A stretch of DNA of 64,000 nucleotides from an uncultured bacterium (GTDB lineage: Bacteria; Verrucomicrobiota; Verrucomicrobiia; Verrucomicrobiales; DEV007). Location of the stretch: positions 160,001 through 224,000 of the forward strand of contig CAXBMO010000003.1 of NCBI GenBank assembly GCA_963977015.1. The letters run 5' to 3'. Positions within the stretch are counted from its first letter, which is position 1. Each line of letters opens with the position of its first letter. A program made the translations under genes and the position numbers. The notes under the pieces were generated by a model. The model did not search any database, had not been told where the DNA came from, and saw only the letters and a list, made by a program, of their open reading frames with translations. Positions 18,744 through 28,722 of the stretch are shown piece by piece.

Positions 18744-21023
18744 CTAGTTTTGGGTGATTTCGATGTTGTCGATGAAAACGCTCTTTTGGCTCTGTGGAGA
18801 GAAGCCGAACAATCCGGGGGCACCCTTCTTGTGGGCCTTCTTGTGCTCGACTTCGATTGTCCAAGTATCAGGCTCGCCCGTTCCCTTTTCCCAAGCTTTT
18901 GCGCGAACCACTCCCGAGCCGTCATCGTTGAGGTCGACCCGCATCTTCAACGTATACCAACTGTTTGCCTTGATCGGGAAACTGACGCTCTGCTTCACTC
19001 GTTCGTGATTTGAGCTCACCTCAAGAAGGTTTGAGTTTCCAATCAAGGAGCAGTTGTAGCGTTGGTTGATTAATCCCACCGTGGATTTCACCCGCCGGTT
19101 TCCATCCGTCATCAAATCGGCCTGGATCGTATAATTGCTGGAGTCAGGGTGTCCGATAAAGCTCTGGCAACGCTGAAAGAGGATGTTGTCCAACGTTTTG
19201 GCCAGGACCTTGTTGCCATCCAAATCGCGAACTTCCCACTTCAAGCGCGCGCCAATCCAAGGCAGTGGTGGAAAGGAGAATTTAAAACCCTCCGCATGGT
19301 CAACCGTGAGATCATAGCTCTCAAAATCCTCCGAAATTGGCAGAGCTTCGATCACTCTTCCACGAACAAAACCCGACTTGCCATCTGCGGTCCCCTTGAA
19401 CATTCCCGCCGATTCCGAAGCGGATTCGGTTGCAACCAAGACACCTTGATCGTCAAAGTCCGCGTCCAGTTTCGCCTTCACCTTCGCAGTAGGCGGAATG
19501 AACTTCTCCCACGTGGCTGAGGAGACTTCCCCGACTGCGTTTCCGTTGGCGTCTACCGACGTAATTAAGAAATCGACTTTGTCGCCGGGTTCGAGCAAGA
19601 CATCCGAAGGCACCGCCCGAATTCCTGTCACGGGTCCCTTCACGATGGGCTCAGACTTGGGAAGGTCTCCCCAGGTGATGCCGTCGTTCTCGAACTTGAA
19701 CGCGTAAAGTTTGCTCATCGTGTGGACATAGACCCAGCCATTGCAAACAGCGGGCGAACCGAGGCAATTCCCTTCCATGGGGATCTTGTGGAGAATCTCC
19801 GGGCCTTCGTCACTTGGGCGAATCACGAAGAGCTTCTCCAGATTCATCGGAACAATCAGGAGACCGTCCACATAGGCCGGTGAAGCATGCAGTTGACCGG
19901 TATCCAGTTTTTCATGCCAAAGAATTTCTCCGGTATCAGCCACCATGCAGAACAATTCTCCTTCGTGCGAAACCTGATAAACGCGATCTCCCACCAGGAC
20001 CGGGGAGCTGGTGAACATTCCGAACGGCTGGCGCCACCGTTCGACACCCTCCTCAATCCGCGGCGCCCCTTTCTGCATGGGGTCAACCACGCCTCCTGAA
20101 TTGGCGTCGTCGCTTGGTAAATTCAGGGCGAACATCCGACCAATCTCCGTGGTATCCAAATTCTCCTTGCCGTGAACTCCAATGAGTTTGTCTCCGTGGA
20201 TGAGAACCGAAGAGTTGATTCCGCCCATCGACATCTGGTAGCGCCACAGAGGTTTTCCGTCAGCCAGATTTACGCAAACCAAGTTACCGCATCCGGTGCC
20301 GGCGTAAAATACCTGGCGCCCGTTGCGAACCGTCACGACCGGCGAAGAAAAACTGGTGTCCTTGAGAAAGGGCGGGCCCACTCCCGGGGTTGAAGACCAA
20401 ACCAATTCCCCGGTGTTCTTATCAAAGCCAAAAAAGCGATCTCGCGCAGGACCGTCCGCTCCCCAGTAACTGGTCACAGCCCGGGTGATGAGCAAATCGT
20501 CGACGATGACGCATGAACCAGCTCTTCCGTTGGGGAACGTCAGTCGCCCAAAGCGCTCCATCATGGAAATCTCCCAGAGAAGGTTTCCATCCCGGTCGTG
20601 ACAATTCAGCAGCCCATAAGTTGTATGGAGAAAAATATTCCCCGTCTCCGGATCCACAACTGGTGCACCGATCGCGTAACGATCGTAAACCGTGTCACTG
20701 ATGAAATCGCTGAAGGTTCGCTCCCAGATCACCTTGCCCGTTAACGGGTCCAAGGCGGACAAAACTTCCTCCAGATCCGGACCTGATCCGCGATAGCCCC
20801 ATGAATACATCTGCCCATCGTGAATGACCGGTGTCCCACGACCTGCAATTTCCCGGGTCCAAGCGGGTTCAGGATTGAATTTTCCGTTTTCATACTGCTC
20901 TAAACTTACCCCCGTTTGAAGAGGGCCACGCCAGTGCAGCCAGTTACCTTTGTGGGGATCCTCCTGAGCAAGCAAAGCAAGTGGGAGGAGAAGGAATGTA
21001 ATGGTCGAGGTTTTGAAGATCAT
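18744..21023 (-). CDS. PQQ-binding-like beta-propeller protein with extra C-terminal beta-sandwich domains, exported
   Basis: Signal peptide, 'NWLHWRGP', Trp-docking blades; C-terminal ConA/laminin-G-like strand pattern ending 'FIDNIEIT'. Confidence 0.85.
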   Translation of the reverse strand: MIFKTSTITFLLLPLALLAQEDPHKGNWLHWRGPLQTGVSLEQYENGKFNPEPAWTREIAGRGTPVIHDGQMYSWGYRGSGPDLEEVLSALDPLTGKVIWERTFSDFISDTVYDRYAIGAPVVDPETGNIFLHTTYGLLNCHDRDGNLLWEISMMERFGRLTFPNGRAGSCVIVDDLLITRAVTSYWGADGPARDRFFGFDKNTGELVWSSTPGVGPPFLKDTSFSSPVVTVRNGRQVFYAGTGCGNLVCVNLADGKPLWRYQMSMGGINSSVLIHGDKLIGVHGKENLDTTEIGRMFALNLPSDDANSGGVVDPMQKGAPRIEEGVERWRQPFGMFTSSPVLVGDRVYQVSHEGELFCMVADTGEILWHEKLDTGQLHASPAYVDGLLIVPMNLEKLFVIRPSDEGPEILHKIPMEGNCLGSPAVCNGWVYVHTMSKLYAFKFENDGITWGDLPKSEPIVKGPVTGIRAVPSDVLLEPGDKVDFLITSVDANGNAVGEVSSATWEKFIPPTAKVKAKLDADFDDQGVLVATESASESAGMFKGTADGKSGFVRGRVIEALPISEDFESYDLTVDHAEGFKFSFPPLPWIGARLKWEVRDLDGNKVLAKTLDNILFQRCQSFIGHPDSSNYTIQADLMTDGNRRVKSTVGLINQRYNCSLIGNSNLLEVSSNHERVKQSVSFPIKANSWYTLKMRVDLNDDGSGVVRAKAWEKGTGEPDTWTIEVEHKKAHKKGAPGLFGFSPQSQKSVFIDNIEITQN

Positions 21024-21094
21024 AGAAAAAGCGATCTGAGCTTGTGGAGGGGTTTTCCAACAGATGGTGGTCAGTTGGACAAAAAATCGTTGCG

Positions 21095-21123
21095 ACGCTA
21101 GTAGGGCCGAATTCTGGATGCAA
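21095..21123 (-). promoter_or_regulatory. Putative sigma70 promoter of the 21023-11255 operon
   Basis: Minus strand TTGCAT (21123-21118), 17-nt spacer, TAGCGT (21100-21095). Confidence 0.45.
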
Positions 21124-21190
21124 GAGCAGATTTATCTTAGCTGCTCAAAGGGGGCTGAATGGGGATTCCCAGCCAAGATGGAAACACCAG

Positions 21191-21883
21191 TTAATAACCG
21201 TGGCGCAAGTGTCGCCAGATCGAAAAGCGCTCACTTCTGCCATCGCTGCCTCGCCGGGTTCCTTGCCAGCTCACGGTATCGTTCGATAATTGCTTTTTCA
21301 GGAACACTTCAGCCGTCCTGGAAGGACCGTCATACTCATCGAAATAGAGTTGGCCGGTGCGTGGGTTGACGCCCTCAAGCATGGCGTAATGATCGGCACC
21401 TTGCCGATTAGGTGGCGCGAAATAGTAGAGGCCAATCACGGTGTTCGAATCCAACCAGCGAAGGGCAACCTTCATCTGATCTCTGCCCGTGTATCCGTGG
21501 TAGAACTGAGCAGGCGAATCAAACTCCATGTAAAATGACGAGATCTCGCGCAGGGCAAAAAACGCATTCAATTCGTATTCCTGTCGCCCCATCCCCAGCG
21601 CCAGACCCTCCCGGAGATCCAGCAGGTCTGCGCCAGCCGGCCCCAGGAATGACTGCACGACTTGGATTCGCCGATCCAGTCGCTCGAGATCCGGGGTATC
21701 GGTTCGGTCATCCCAAAGCGGATCGATCCTCGGTCCATAAAGAAAGCCCTCAAAAAAGTTCGTAAACTCGTTGCGTTCCCTCCCCTCGCCATAACCCATC
21801 GGGCCGGCGTTGCTTTGAAACGGAATCAAGAGGGCCGCAGAAACCGCCCAAACCTGCAATTGAAGTGCTGTTATTGTGTTCAT
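21191..21883 (-). CDS. Hypothetical exported protein
   Basis: 230-aa ORF with a signal-peptide-like N-terminus filling the gap between known genes; beta-rich C-terminus. Confidence 0.6.
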   Translation of the reverse strand: MNTITALQLQVWAVSAALLIPFQSNAGPMGYGEGRERNEFTNFFEGFLYGPRIDPLWDDRTDTPDLERLDRRIQVVQSFLGPAGADLLDLREGLALGMGRQEYELNAFFALREISSFYMEFDSPAQFYHGYTGRDQMKVALRWLDSNTVIGLYYFAPPNRQGADHYAMLEGVNPRTGQLYFDEYDGPSRTAEVFLKKQLSNDTVSWQGTRRGSDGRSERFSIWRHLRHGY

Positions 21884-22049
21884 GGCATCTATTTTTCCTA
21901 AAGGCCAAGTGCACGAAAGGCAACTGATTCAACCTGAACAAAAGGGCTGCATTGTTGGTCTTTCCTTGCTTGTCGTGTCGCATTCATGCCAATTTTCCCT
22001 TCAGAAAGGCTAGATTGACCGCCCCACTTCTCCCAAACTCTTAGTCACG

Positions 22050-23507
22050 ATGAAAGACCCCCAAAAACCCAAAAACACCTTCTGCGGCACTACCCGGCGG
22101 GATTTTTTAAGCTCTGTCGGAGGCGGGTTTACCAGCACTGCGTTGACCGGCATGCTTGCAGCGGACGGCTTTTTCAATTCCGCCACCGGTGCGACGGCGA
22201 ACCCGCTGTCCGCGCGGGCACCCCAGCGCTCCGGCCGTGCAAAATCGGTTATTTTCCTCTTCATGTATGGCGGACCAAGCCACATCGACACTTTTGACTA
22301 CAAGCCTTCGATGTATGGAATGGATGGCAAGACGATCGATGTCAAAACGTTCGGTCGTGGGGGGCGCAAAAACCAAGGGCGAATCGTCGAACCCAAATGG
22401 AAGTTCAAGCAATACGGAGAATGTGGGAAATGGGTGAGTGATCTGTTCCCGAATGTGGGCACCTGCGTCGATGATATCGCGTTCCTGCATTCCATGACCG
22501 CAGACTCTCCGATCCACGGATCAGCCCTTTTGATGATGAATTGTGGTTCCGTCATCAGCGGCAAGCCTTCGCTCGGGAGCTGGGTCAACTATGGACTCGG
22601 CAGTGTAAACGAGAATCTTCCCGGATATGTCGTGATGCTCGATAAGTCGGGTGGGCCGATCTCGGGAGCCAAAAACTGGACCAGCGGCTTCATGCCGGCT
22701 GGCTATCAGGGAACCGTGTTTCGCAGTCAGGGAGATCCCATTCTCAACCTGAAAAATGTGAAGGGAATGGCCGATCAGGAACAGCGGATCCTTATCGATT
22801 CCTTGAACCAGTTGAACAACGACCATCTGCAGAAGCGCTACGACAACACCAACCTCTCGGCGAGGATCTCCAGCTACGAATTGGCTTATCGAATGCAGGC
22901 GACGGCTCCCGAGGCGATTGATCTCGAGCAGGAAACCGAGGAAACCCAAAATCTTTACGGGTTGAACCATCCGAAAACCGAAGACTTTGGCAAGAAGTGC
23001 CTGATGGCGCGGCGTTTGGTTGAGCGCGGAGTCCGCTTCATCCAGCTTTATTCAGGCGGCGCTCACAATGACCACAACTGGGATGCGCACGGCGACCTCG
23101 AGAACAATCACAATCATCACGCCGGTGCGACCGACAAACCGATCGCCGGTCTGCTCAAGGACTTAAAGCGTCGCGGATTGCTGGAAGATACTCTCGTGGT
23201 ATGGGGCGGAGAATTCGGCCGCCAACCAACGGCCGAGTACGCCAAGGGCACGGGACGCGACCATAACAGTTACGGATTTACCATGTGGATGGCTGGAGGT
23301 GGCGTCAAAGGTGGTGTTAGTGTTGGGAAGACGGATGAACTTGGAAGCGCAGCGGTAGAGAACCGTTATCACGTCCGGAATCTGCATGCCACGATCCTCG
23401 ATCTTCTCGGTTTTGATCCCAATCATCTCACCTTTTTCCATGGGGGCCTCGATCACCGTTTGGTCGGAGTCGAAGGCGGTGAGTCGATTCCTGAGGTCAT
23501 CGCCTAG
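22050..23507 (+). CDS. DUF1501 domain protein (Tat-exported)
   Basis: 'TRRDFL' Tat motif; 'AKSVIFLFMYGGPSHIDTFDYKP', 'WDAH', 'GEFGR' and 'GRDH'. Confidence 0.92.
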   Translation: MKDPQKPKNTFCGTTRRDFLSSVGGGFTSTALTGMLAADGFFNSATGATANPLSARAPQRSGRAKSVIFLFMYGGPSHIDTFDYKPSMYGMDGKTIDVKTFGRGGRKNQGRIVEPKWKFKQYGECGKWVSDLFPNVGTCVDDIAFLHSMTADSPIHGSALLMMNCGSVISGKPSLGSWVNYGLGSVNENLPGYVVMLDKSGGPISGAKNWTSGFMPAGYQGTVFRSQGDPILNLKNVKGMADQEQRILIDSLNQLNNDHLQKRYDNTNLSARISSYELAYRMQATAPEAIDLEQETEETQNLYGLNHPKTEDFGKKCLMARRLVERGVRFIQLYSGGAHNDHNWDAHGDLENNHNHHAGATDKPIAGLLKDLKRRGLLEDTLVVWGGEFGRQPTAEYAKGTGRDHNSYGFTMWMAGGGVKGGVSVGKTDELGSAAVENRYHVRNLHATILDLLGFDPNHLTFFHGGLDHRLVGVEGGESIPEVIA

Positions 23508-23704
23508 CTGGAGGCGTTTCAAAAAGAGGCGCAACTCGCGCGTCCGTCATCATCTTGAACCGCTCCCTAACCCTGCCAACAAGGCTTGGGCTCGTTTTGG
23601 GTGGATTTCGCCTTGGTCCGCCATGGTTAGGATAAATTTTGAGCTAATCGTAATAAAGCCTCTCTCACAGCTTCGAGAATTCTCAATTTGGTGTCGCAAA
23701 AGGG

Positions 23705-23733
23705 TTGACGCTGGTTTTTGAGAATGTTTCAAT
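23705..23733 (+). promoter_or_regulatory. Putative sigma70 promoter for the TolC-family gene
   Basis: TTGACG, 17-nt spacer, TTCAAT with an upstream TG; the -10 match is imperfect. Confidence 0.35.
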
Positions 23734-23838
23734 CCGGCCTCTTCTTGAACCGAAGAGGAGAAGCACACTCACACACTCGCGAAAGGTCACCCTACCTTTC
23801 GCTGCCGCCGTAACGGGGGCACAATTCAACACATCGAC

Positions 23839-25893
23839 ATGGAAAATATGATCAAACGCAACCTTTTGGTGCGAGCGAGCGTCGCTACAGTTCTAGCGAT
23901 CTCCGTTCCTCTAGGAACTCAAGCCGAAGAAAAGCGAGGCCTCGGAAAACTGTTCGGCAAAAAGAAGGCGGAGACCGTGATTCAGGCCGACTCCAGCCCG
24001 GGCGCGACAGTTGCCCAAGTCGAATCCACTCTGGTTTCCGGGGGCACTGAAGCCGTTTCAGCAACGGAAAGGTATCCGGCGCTTCTTACCAAGGACTACC
24101 GCGAAACGCGGGCTGAGCGTGATTTGAACGAGCATATTGATCAGATTTACGCGGAGTACGAAGTATCTGTGCAGAACCTTACCGCGGCGGATCTTCAGCT
24201 TTCCTCTCTGCGATCACTTCCTCCGGTCCCTTCGGATTTCAACGCCCCTTGGAGTTCCAACATTCGACGCCCAATCTACGACGACCGCCAACTTCGTCAG
24301 GACTTGGTTCAGGTTTATGGGACTGCGCTTCAGCACTCCAACTCCGTCAAAGTGTTTAGTGAGCTTCCATTGATTCGGGAGACCGCAATCCAGGAAGCGA
24401 TGGGTGATTACGATTTCCGTGCGTTTGGTGAACTCCAAATCAGTCACAAGGACGAGCCTACCAGTAGCGAGTTGACGACGGGATTCACGGGCCGGTTCCT
24501 CGAGGATCTTGGTCAATTGGATTACGGGATCAAGAAACGGATCGCAACGGGCGGCGAGATTACCTTGTCGAATCGGATCAGCACGCTCGACAGCAACTCC
24601 ACCTTCCTTGACCCCAACCCGCAAACTGCGAGTGAGGTCGTTCTGAGTGTCGTTCAGCCGTTGGGTCGTGGAGCTGGAATCGCCTACAACCGGGCAAGAA
24701 TTAAGGTGGCAAAGCTGGATTCTGAGCTCGCTGCTGCGGAATACCTCCGTTCGTTGGAGTCCCACCTTCTCGAGGTAAATCGCGCCTACTGGCAAGTTTA
24801 TCTCGCCCGGGCCGCTTTTCTCCAGAAGAAGTCGTTGGTCAATGAAACCAGCGGAATCGTGAATGACCTGAGTGAGCGTGGCGATGTCGACACCGGAGCG
24901 ACCAAGAGTGCGCTTTTGAGGGCTCAAAGTTCGTTGGCACAGCGTCAAGCCTCCTTGATCCGGGGTGAAATGGCAGTGCGGAACTCCGAAGAGCGACTGC
25001 GAGCCCTTGTGAATGATCCCAAATTCCAAATGGGCAGTGGGGGTGAATTTATTCCATTGACTCGTCCGATCGTAAGTCGGCCGGTCAGTGACATTCAAGC
25101 CACCGCAAGAGCCGCTCTCTATCACCGGGCCGAAGTGGTGCAGGGATTCAACCAATTGCGGGCTGCCGGAATCCGCCTGGATATCCAGAAGAACGAAATG
25201 AAGCCTCAACTCAACGTGATCGCTGAAGTTCGGAAATCAGGAAACGATGCATTCCGTGATTTGGGAGGAGCATACACAGACAGCTTCCAGCACGGGACCG
25301 GTTGGTTGGCTGGAATGACCTTCGAATCGAGCTTGGAAAAGAATCTCGAAGTCGCACGGTTCAAGCGACGCGAATACGAACTTCGCCAGCAAACGCACCA
25401 GTTGCGCAGCACGATCGATCAAATTCTTTTGGAATCCGTTGTCAGCTATCGGGAGTTGATGACCGCTTACCGCGACATGCAAGGTCGTTGGCAGGCGGTT
25501 CGAGCCAGTCGCGAGGAAGTGCGTGAGTTGAAAGAGCGCTTGGATGTTGATACCGATGATCAAAATACGGTCGGGAACCAACTGCAGCTCATTCTCGATG
25601 CCATCGAGCGTAACCAGGTGGCTGAGGAGTCGTTCCTCGTCAGTATCGTGGCTTACAACACCGCATTTGCTTCGGTCGAAAGGGCCAAGGGAACGCTTCT
25701 TGAATATTACGATATCGACATTGCTCGTCAGCAAACGGATAGCTGGAAGCGTCATCGTCAGGTGCTCGAGCAGATCAAGGCTGGCATGGGTTCCGCCGAT
25801 CACGATGTGGCAGTCGAAGGCGGAGAAGACGCCAGTTGGACTCGCCACCGTCAGGCGCTTGAGCAGCTCAAGAAAGAGCGCGGCATCCAATAG
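23839..25893 (+). CDS. TolC-family outer membrane protein
   Basis: Signal peptide; two OEP repeats ('VVQPLGRGAG', 'VNRAYW', 'MKPQLNV'). Confidence 0.88.
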   Translation: MENMIKRNLLVRASVATVLAISVPLGTQAEEKRGLGKLFGKKKAETVIQADSSPGATVAQVESTLVSGGTEAVSATERYPALLTKDYRETRAERDLNEHIDQIYAEYEVSVQNLTAADLQLSSLRSLPPVPSDFNAPWSSNIRRPIYDDRQLRQDLVQVYGTALQHSNSVKVFSELPLIRETAIQEAMGDYDFRAFGELQISHKDEPTSSELTTGFTGRFLEDLGQLDYGIKKRIATGGEITLSNRISTLDSNSTFLDPNPQTASEVVLSVVQPLGRGAGIAYNRARIKVAKLDSELAAAEYLRSLESHLLEVNRAYWQVYLARAAFLQKKSLVNETSGIVNDLSERGDVDTGATKSALLRAQSSLAQRQASLIRGEMAVRNSEERLRALVNDPKFQMGSGGEFIPLTRPIVSRPVSDIQATARAALYHRAEVVQGFNQLRAAGIRLDIQKNEMKPQLNVIAEVRKSGNDAFRDLGGAYTDSFQHGTGWLAGMTFESSLEKNLEVARFKRREYELRQQTHQLRSTIDQILLESVVSYRELMTAYRDMQGRWQAVRASREEVRELKERLDVDTDDQNTVGNQLQLILDAIERNQVAEESFLVSIVAYNTAFASVERAKGTLLEYYDIDIARQQTDSWKRHRQVLEQIKAGMGSADHDVAVEGGEDASWTRHRQALEQLKKERGIQ

Positions 25894-25936
25894 TCTGGCG
25901 ATTAGGGCCATCCGGCTCAACTCAATTCTTTCAAGC

Positions 25937-25968
25937 AAAGAGGCCCCGAAAAACGGGGCCTCTTTTTT
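25937..25968. terminator. Rho-independent terminator (probably bidirectional)
   Basis: aaagaggccccg-aaaaa-cggggcctcttt followed by ttt, between convergent genes. Confidence 0.85.
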
Positions 25969-26065
25969 ATTCTCGAATGATTGGCGACGGGTGTTTTAGT
26001 CAGACACGACGATGCCCATTTCTCGCGTCGTGTTTGGCGGGACGGGAGGCGCTTTCGGGCCGCCC

Positions 26066-27121
26066 CTAGGATTCCTTGTGGTAGTAAACCTTCACAAATT
26101 GCATGTGCTTGTCGTCATCGAACCCGCGCTCCATGAACTTCTCCGATTGATCAATGAATCCCGAAGAAAAGCGAAGATCGACCCCAACATCCAATTTCAT
26201 CCGGCCTTTGAGGCGTTTCTTGGCCTTGGTGGCCTCCTTTTTGGACACATCAAAACTGCTATCGAGCGTATGGCCGCTCTCCTCCTCGTATTCGTTCTTG
26301 AATGAGGTGAACTGTTCGATCAGTCCCGGGTCTTCAAGTGCTTCATTCTGAAACTTATCGAGATTGAAATTGTCGGTTTCCGTCAGATACGACAAGGCCT
26401 TGTTGGCAACCTCAATCCTTTCTTCCTGCCGAGTTTCTTCAGGCAAGCCTTCTTCGGCAAAGGCCACGCAAAGTTCCGAGTAGCGTCGTGTGAGGTAGTC
26501 TTCATTCTTGACCGGCATCGCACCAACGAAGTCACGATTCCAGAAATTGGTCTCTCCGCCCGCCTTGTCGAAAAGATAGACGTGAAAGCCGTGCTCCCGC
26601 TCGCAGTTGATGATCAGACACCCTTTATCGATTTTGTCAGGATAAATTCCCTGTTGGGTGGTCAGCTTCAAATCGCCCTCGTGAACCGCAACCTGAAGAA
26701 ACGGCACTTTGCTCTCTGACTTGATGATACTAAGCGCCTGAAGACTGTCGCCGCCCACCGTGATGTTGTCGATCAGGGCCACGCAAAGATCCCCCGGTTT
26801 GATATTCGGGTGGTTCGATTTGGCGTACAAATGCTTCGCAATGAGTGCGCCGTTTTCCAGGAGTGTGTCGTTGTTATCAAAAATTGCCGTTGCGTAGGCA
26901 AAGAGCTCGTTTTGGCGCAGATCCCCATGGTGGGTGAGTTGATGTAACTCCAACGAACGAAACGACTTCAAGAAACAATGCGTGAGCAGTTCAGCCTCTG
27001 AATCGTTGAATTTGCACAACGTTTTCGAGGTTTGTAGCGGCTCTTCCCGGAGCGAGTTTCCGACTTTCGCCAGCGTCATCATTCCGAGCGCGGCTTCCTT
27101 AAAATTAACCTTCTGAGACAT
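26066..27121 (-). CDS. Nucleoid-associated protein (YejK/NdpA-like, 37-kDa family)
   Basis: 'LAKVGN', 'HLYAKSNHPNIKPGDL', 'IIKSESK', 'KIDKGCLI'. Start placed at ATG 27121. Confidence 0.8.
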   Translation of the reverse strand: MSQKVNFKEAALGMMTLAKVGNSLREEPLQTSKTLCKFNDSEAELLTHCFLKSFRSLELHQLTHHGDLRQNELFAYATAIFDNNDTLLENGALIAKHLYAKSNHPNIKPGDLCVALIDNITVGGDSLQALSIIKSESKVPFLQVAVHEGDLKLTTQQGIYPDKIDKGCLIINCEREHGFHVYLFDKAGGETNFWNRDFVGAMPVKNEDYLTRRYSELCVAFAEEGLPEETRQEERIEVANKALSYLTETDNFNLDKFQNEALEDPGLIEQFTSFKNEYEEESGHTLDSSFDVSKKEATKAKKRLKGRMKLDVGVDLRFSSGFIDQSEKFMERGFDDDKHMQFVKVYYHKES

Positions 27122-27286
27122 AGACTGCGGCTGTAATCCAAGCGGTTGGCGCAATCAAGCCTAACAACTCAACAACTTGTCTTTATGCGCGCCATCTTCC
27201 AGCCAGGAATCCGACTTGTGAAGCGGAAATTGCGGGTCTAGCATCAACCGATCTTCCTTTGATATCGTGACGCCGACGCAAGTTCT

Positions 27287-28681
27287 ATGACCGATCAGCA
27301 ATCCACGGGAGCCATCGTAATTGGTGGCGGATTGACGGGCCTCTACGCCGGCCTAACTCTTGCTCGGGCGGGAACCCGGGTGACCATTCTGGAAGCCGAA
27401 GAAGACCTAGGTGGGAGGATTCGGGGGCACCGGGTTGGTCAAAACACGCTCACGCTTGGCACCCAGTTACTGCAATCCTTTGATCGGGTGATTTTTGACG
27501 ATGTGACCAGCCTGCTGACGCAACGGGCGGAGGTTGAGCCCAGCGAGAGCATCTTGTGGGGCGGTCAGCGATTCGCCTATCCCCTATCTCTCGATAATTT
27601 TTTCAAAGGCCTTTCGTTCGCGGAAAAGGTTGGAGGGGCGTTGGGGAAAAGTGGGGCGACGCTCGGTCAAAAGGTATCCAAAAAGCCACCAATTGATGCA
27701 GAACATGCCCTGGCCAGACTCTATGGAAGTGCGCTGACCAGGCGCTGCTTCTCGAATTGGCTCGATGTGTTTTTTGGCAGACCGGGCAAGGAGCTTTCTC
27801 CGGAAATCATTTCTCTTCTCCTCCCGCAACTGCCTCACACTTCCAATTTCGCGGATTCCGTTGAATCTCTGGGATTGAAGGCGTTCGATTCGGATCTTCT
27901 GGACCGTGAAGTGCCTGAACATTCGGTTTACTTTCCGACAAGTTCAGGGGTGCTTGCGACCGCTCTGGCTGCCGCGATTCAGCGCGCGGGAGGCCGGATT
28001 ATTTGCAACGCGGAAGTTGTGGGGCTGGATGTTGAAGACGGTGAAATTCGTTCCGTTCAGTGTCGCGACAAGATGTCGGGATCCGAAGAACCGACGATTC
28101 ATCAACTCCCCTGCGAAGGAGTCATTTCAACCATCTCGGTCCGGAAACTGGTAAAGGCTTTCAACACACATGCACCGGCCCAGATCCATGCGTCATCGCT
28201 TCATCTACAGCATCGAGGGCACGTCTGCTTTGCCCTTGTATTAAGCAGATCGAACTGTTTGGAGGAAATCTCTCTTCAGGTCCGAGATCAGCCATTTTTT
28301 CGGATTTCCGAGCCCAAAAATGCGGGGCAACAGGTCGCTCCGGTTGATCAGACCATTCTTTTGGTCGAGGCGGCTACAGAGCCAAATTCATCGTTCTGGA
28401 ATGGAGATGAGCAGGCGTGGTCTGAGATTCTCGATGCACTCGAACATCTGGGGATTTGCAAACGAGCAGAAGTTGTCTCCCGGCACCACCTTTCGGATCC
28501 GATGGGCATTCCGATTTACCGTTTAGAGTTCGAAGAGCATCGGGATCGGCTCTTCAGCTACTTTGCCCGTTTTCCGAACCTGCAGTGCGCCGGGCCTGGT
28601 GGCACGTTTTCCATGATGCGGCCCGACCAGGCGATGAAGTCGGGGGCTCGCGGGGCAGAGCTTCTCTGTGAGGTTCTTTAG
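27287..28681 (+). CDS. FAD-dependent oxidoreductase (HemY/UGM-like amine-oxidase fold)
   Basis: 'IIGGGLTGL'-type Rossmann motif and 'LEAEEDLGGR'. Substrate unknown. Confidence 0.8.
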   Translation: MTDQQSTGAIVIGGGLTGLYAGLTLARAGTRVTILEAEEDLGGRIRGHRVGQNTLTLGTQLLQSFDRVIFDDVTSLLTQRAEVEPSESILWGGQRFAYPLSLDNFFKGLSFAEKVGGALGKSGATLGQKVSKKPPIDAEHALARLYGSALTRRCFSNWLDVFFGRPGKELSPEIISLLLPQLPHTSNFADSVESLGLKAFDSDLLDREVPEHSVYFPTSSGVLATALAAAIQRAGGRIICNAEVVGLDVEDGEIRSVQCRDKMSGSEEPTIHQLPCEGVISTISVRKLVKAFNTHAPAQIHASSLHLQHRGHVCFALVLSRSNCLEEISLQVRDQPFFRISEPKNAGQQVAPVDQTILLVEAATEPNSSFWNGDEQAWSEILDALEHLGICKRAEVVSRHHLSDPMGIPIYRLEFEEHRDRLFSYFARFPNLQCAGPGGTFSMMRPDQAMKSGARGAELLCEVL

Positions 28682-28722
28682 AAGGCTATTGCCATTCGCG
28701 TGCGAGAGGAGCATGATGAGAT

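Noticed and set aside
17061-21023. Calling the propellers PQQ dehydrogenases or BamB
   Set aside because: Only generic blade repeats are visible. I cannot identify quinoprotein active-site motifs or a lipobox, and such propellers are highly expanded in PVC genomes.
22050-23507. DUF1501 without an adjacent DUF1553/PSD1 partner as a novelty
   Set aside because: Orphan copies are common in this expanded family; not informative alone.
24214-25938. Long minus-strand ORFs (331 and 233 aa) opposite tolC
   Set aside because: Antisense shadows typical of GC-rich coding DNA; tolC has clear family motifs.
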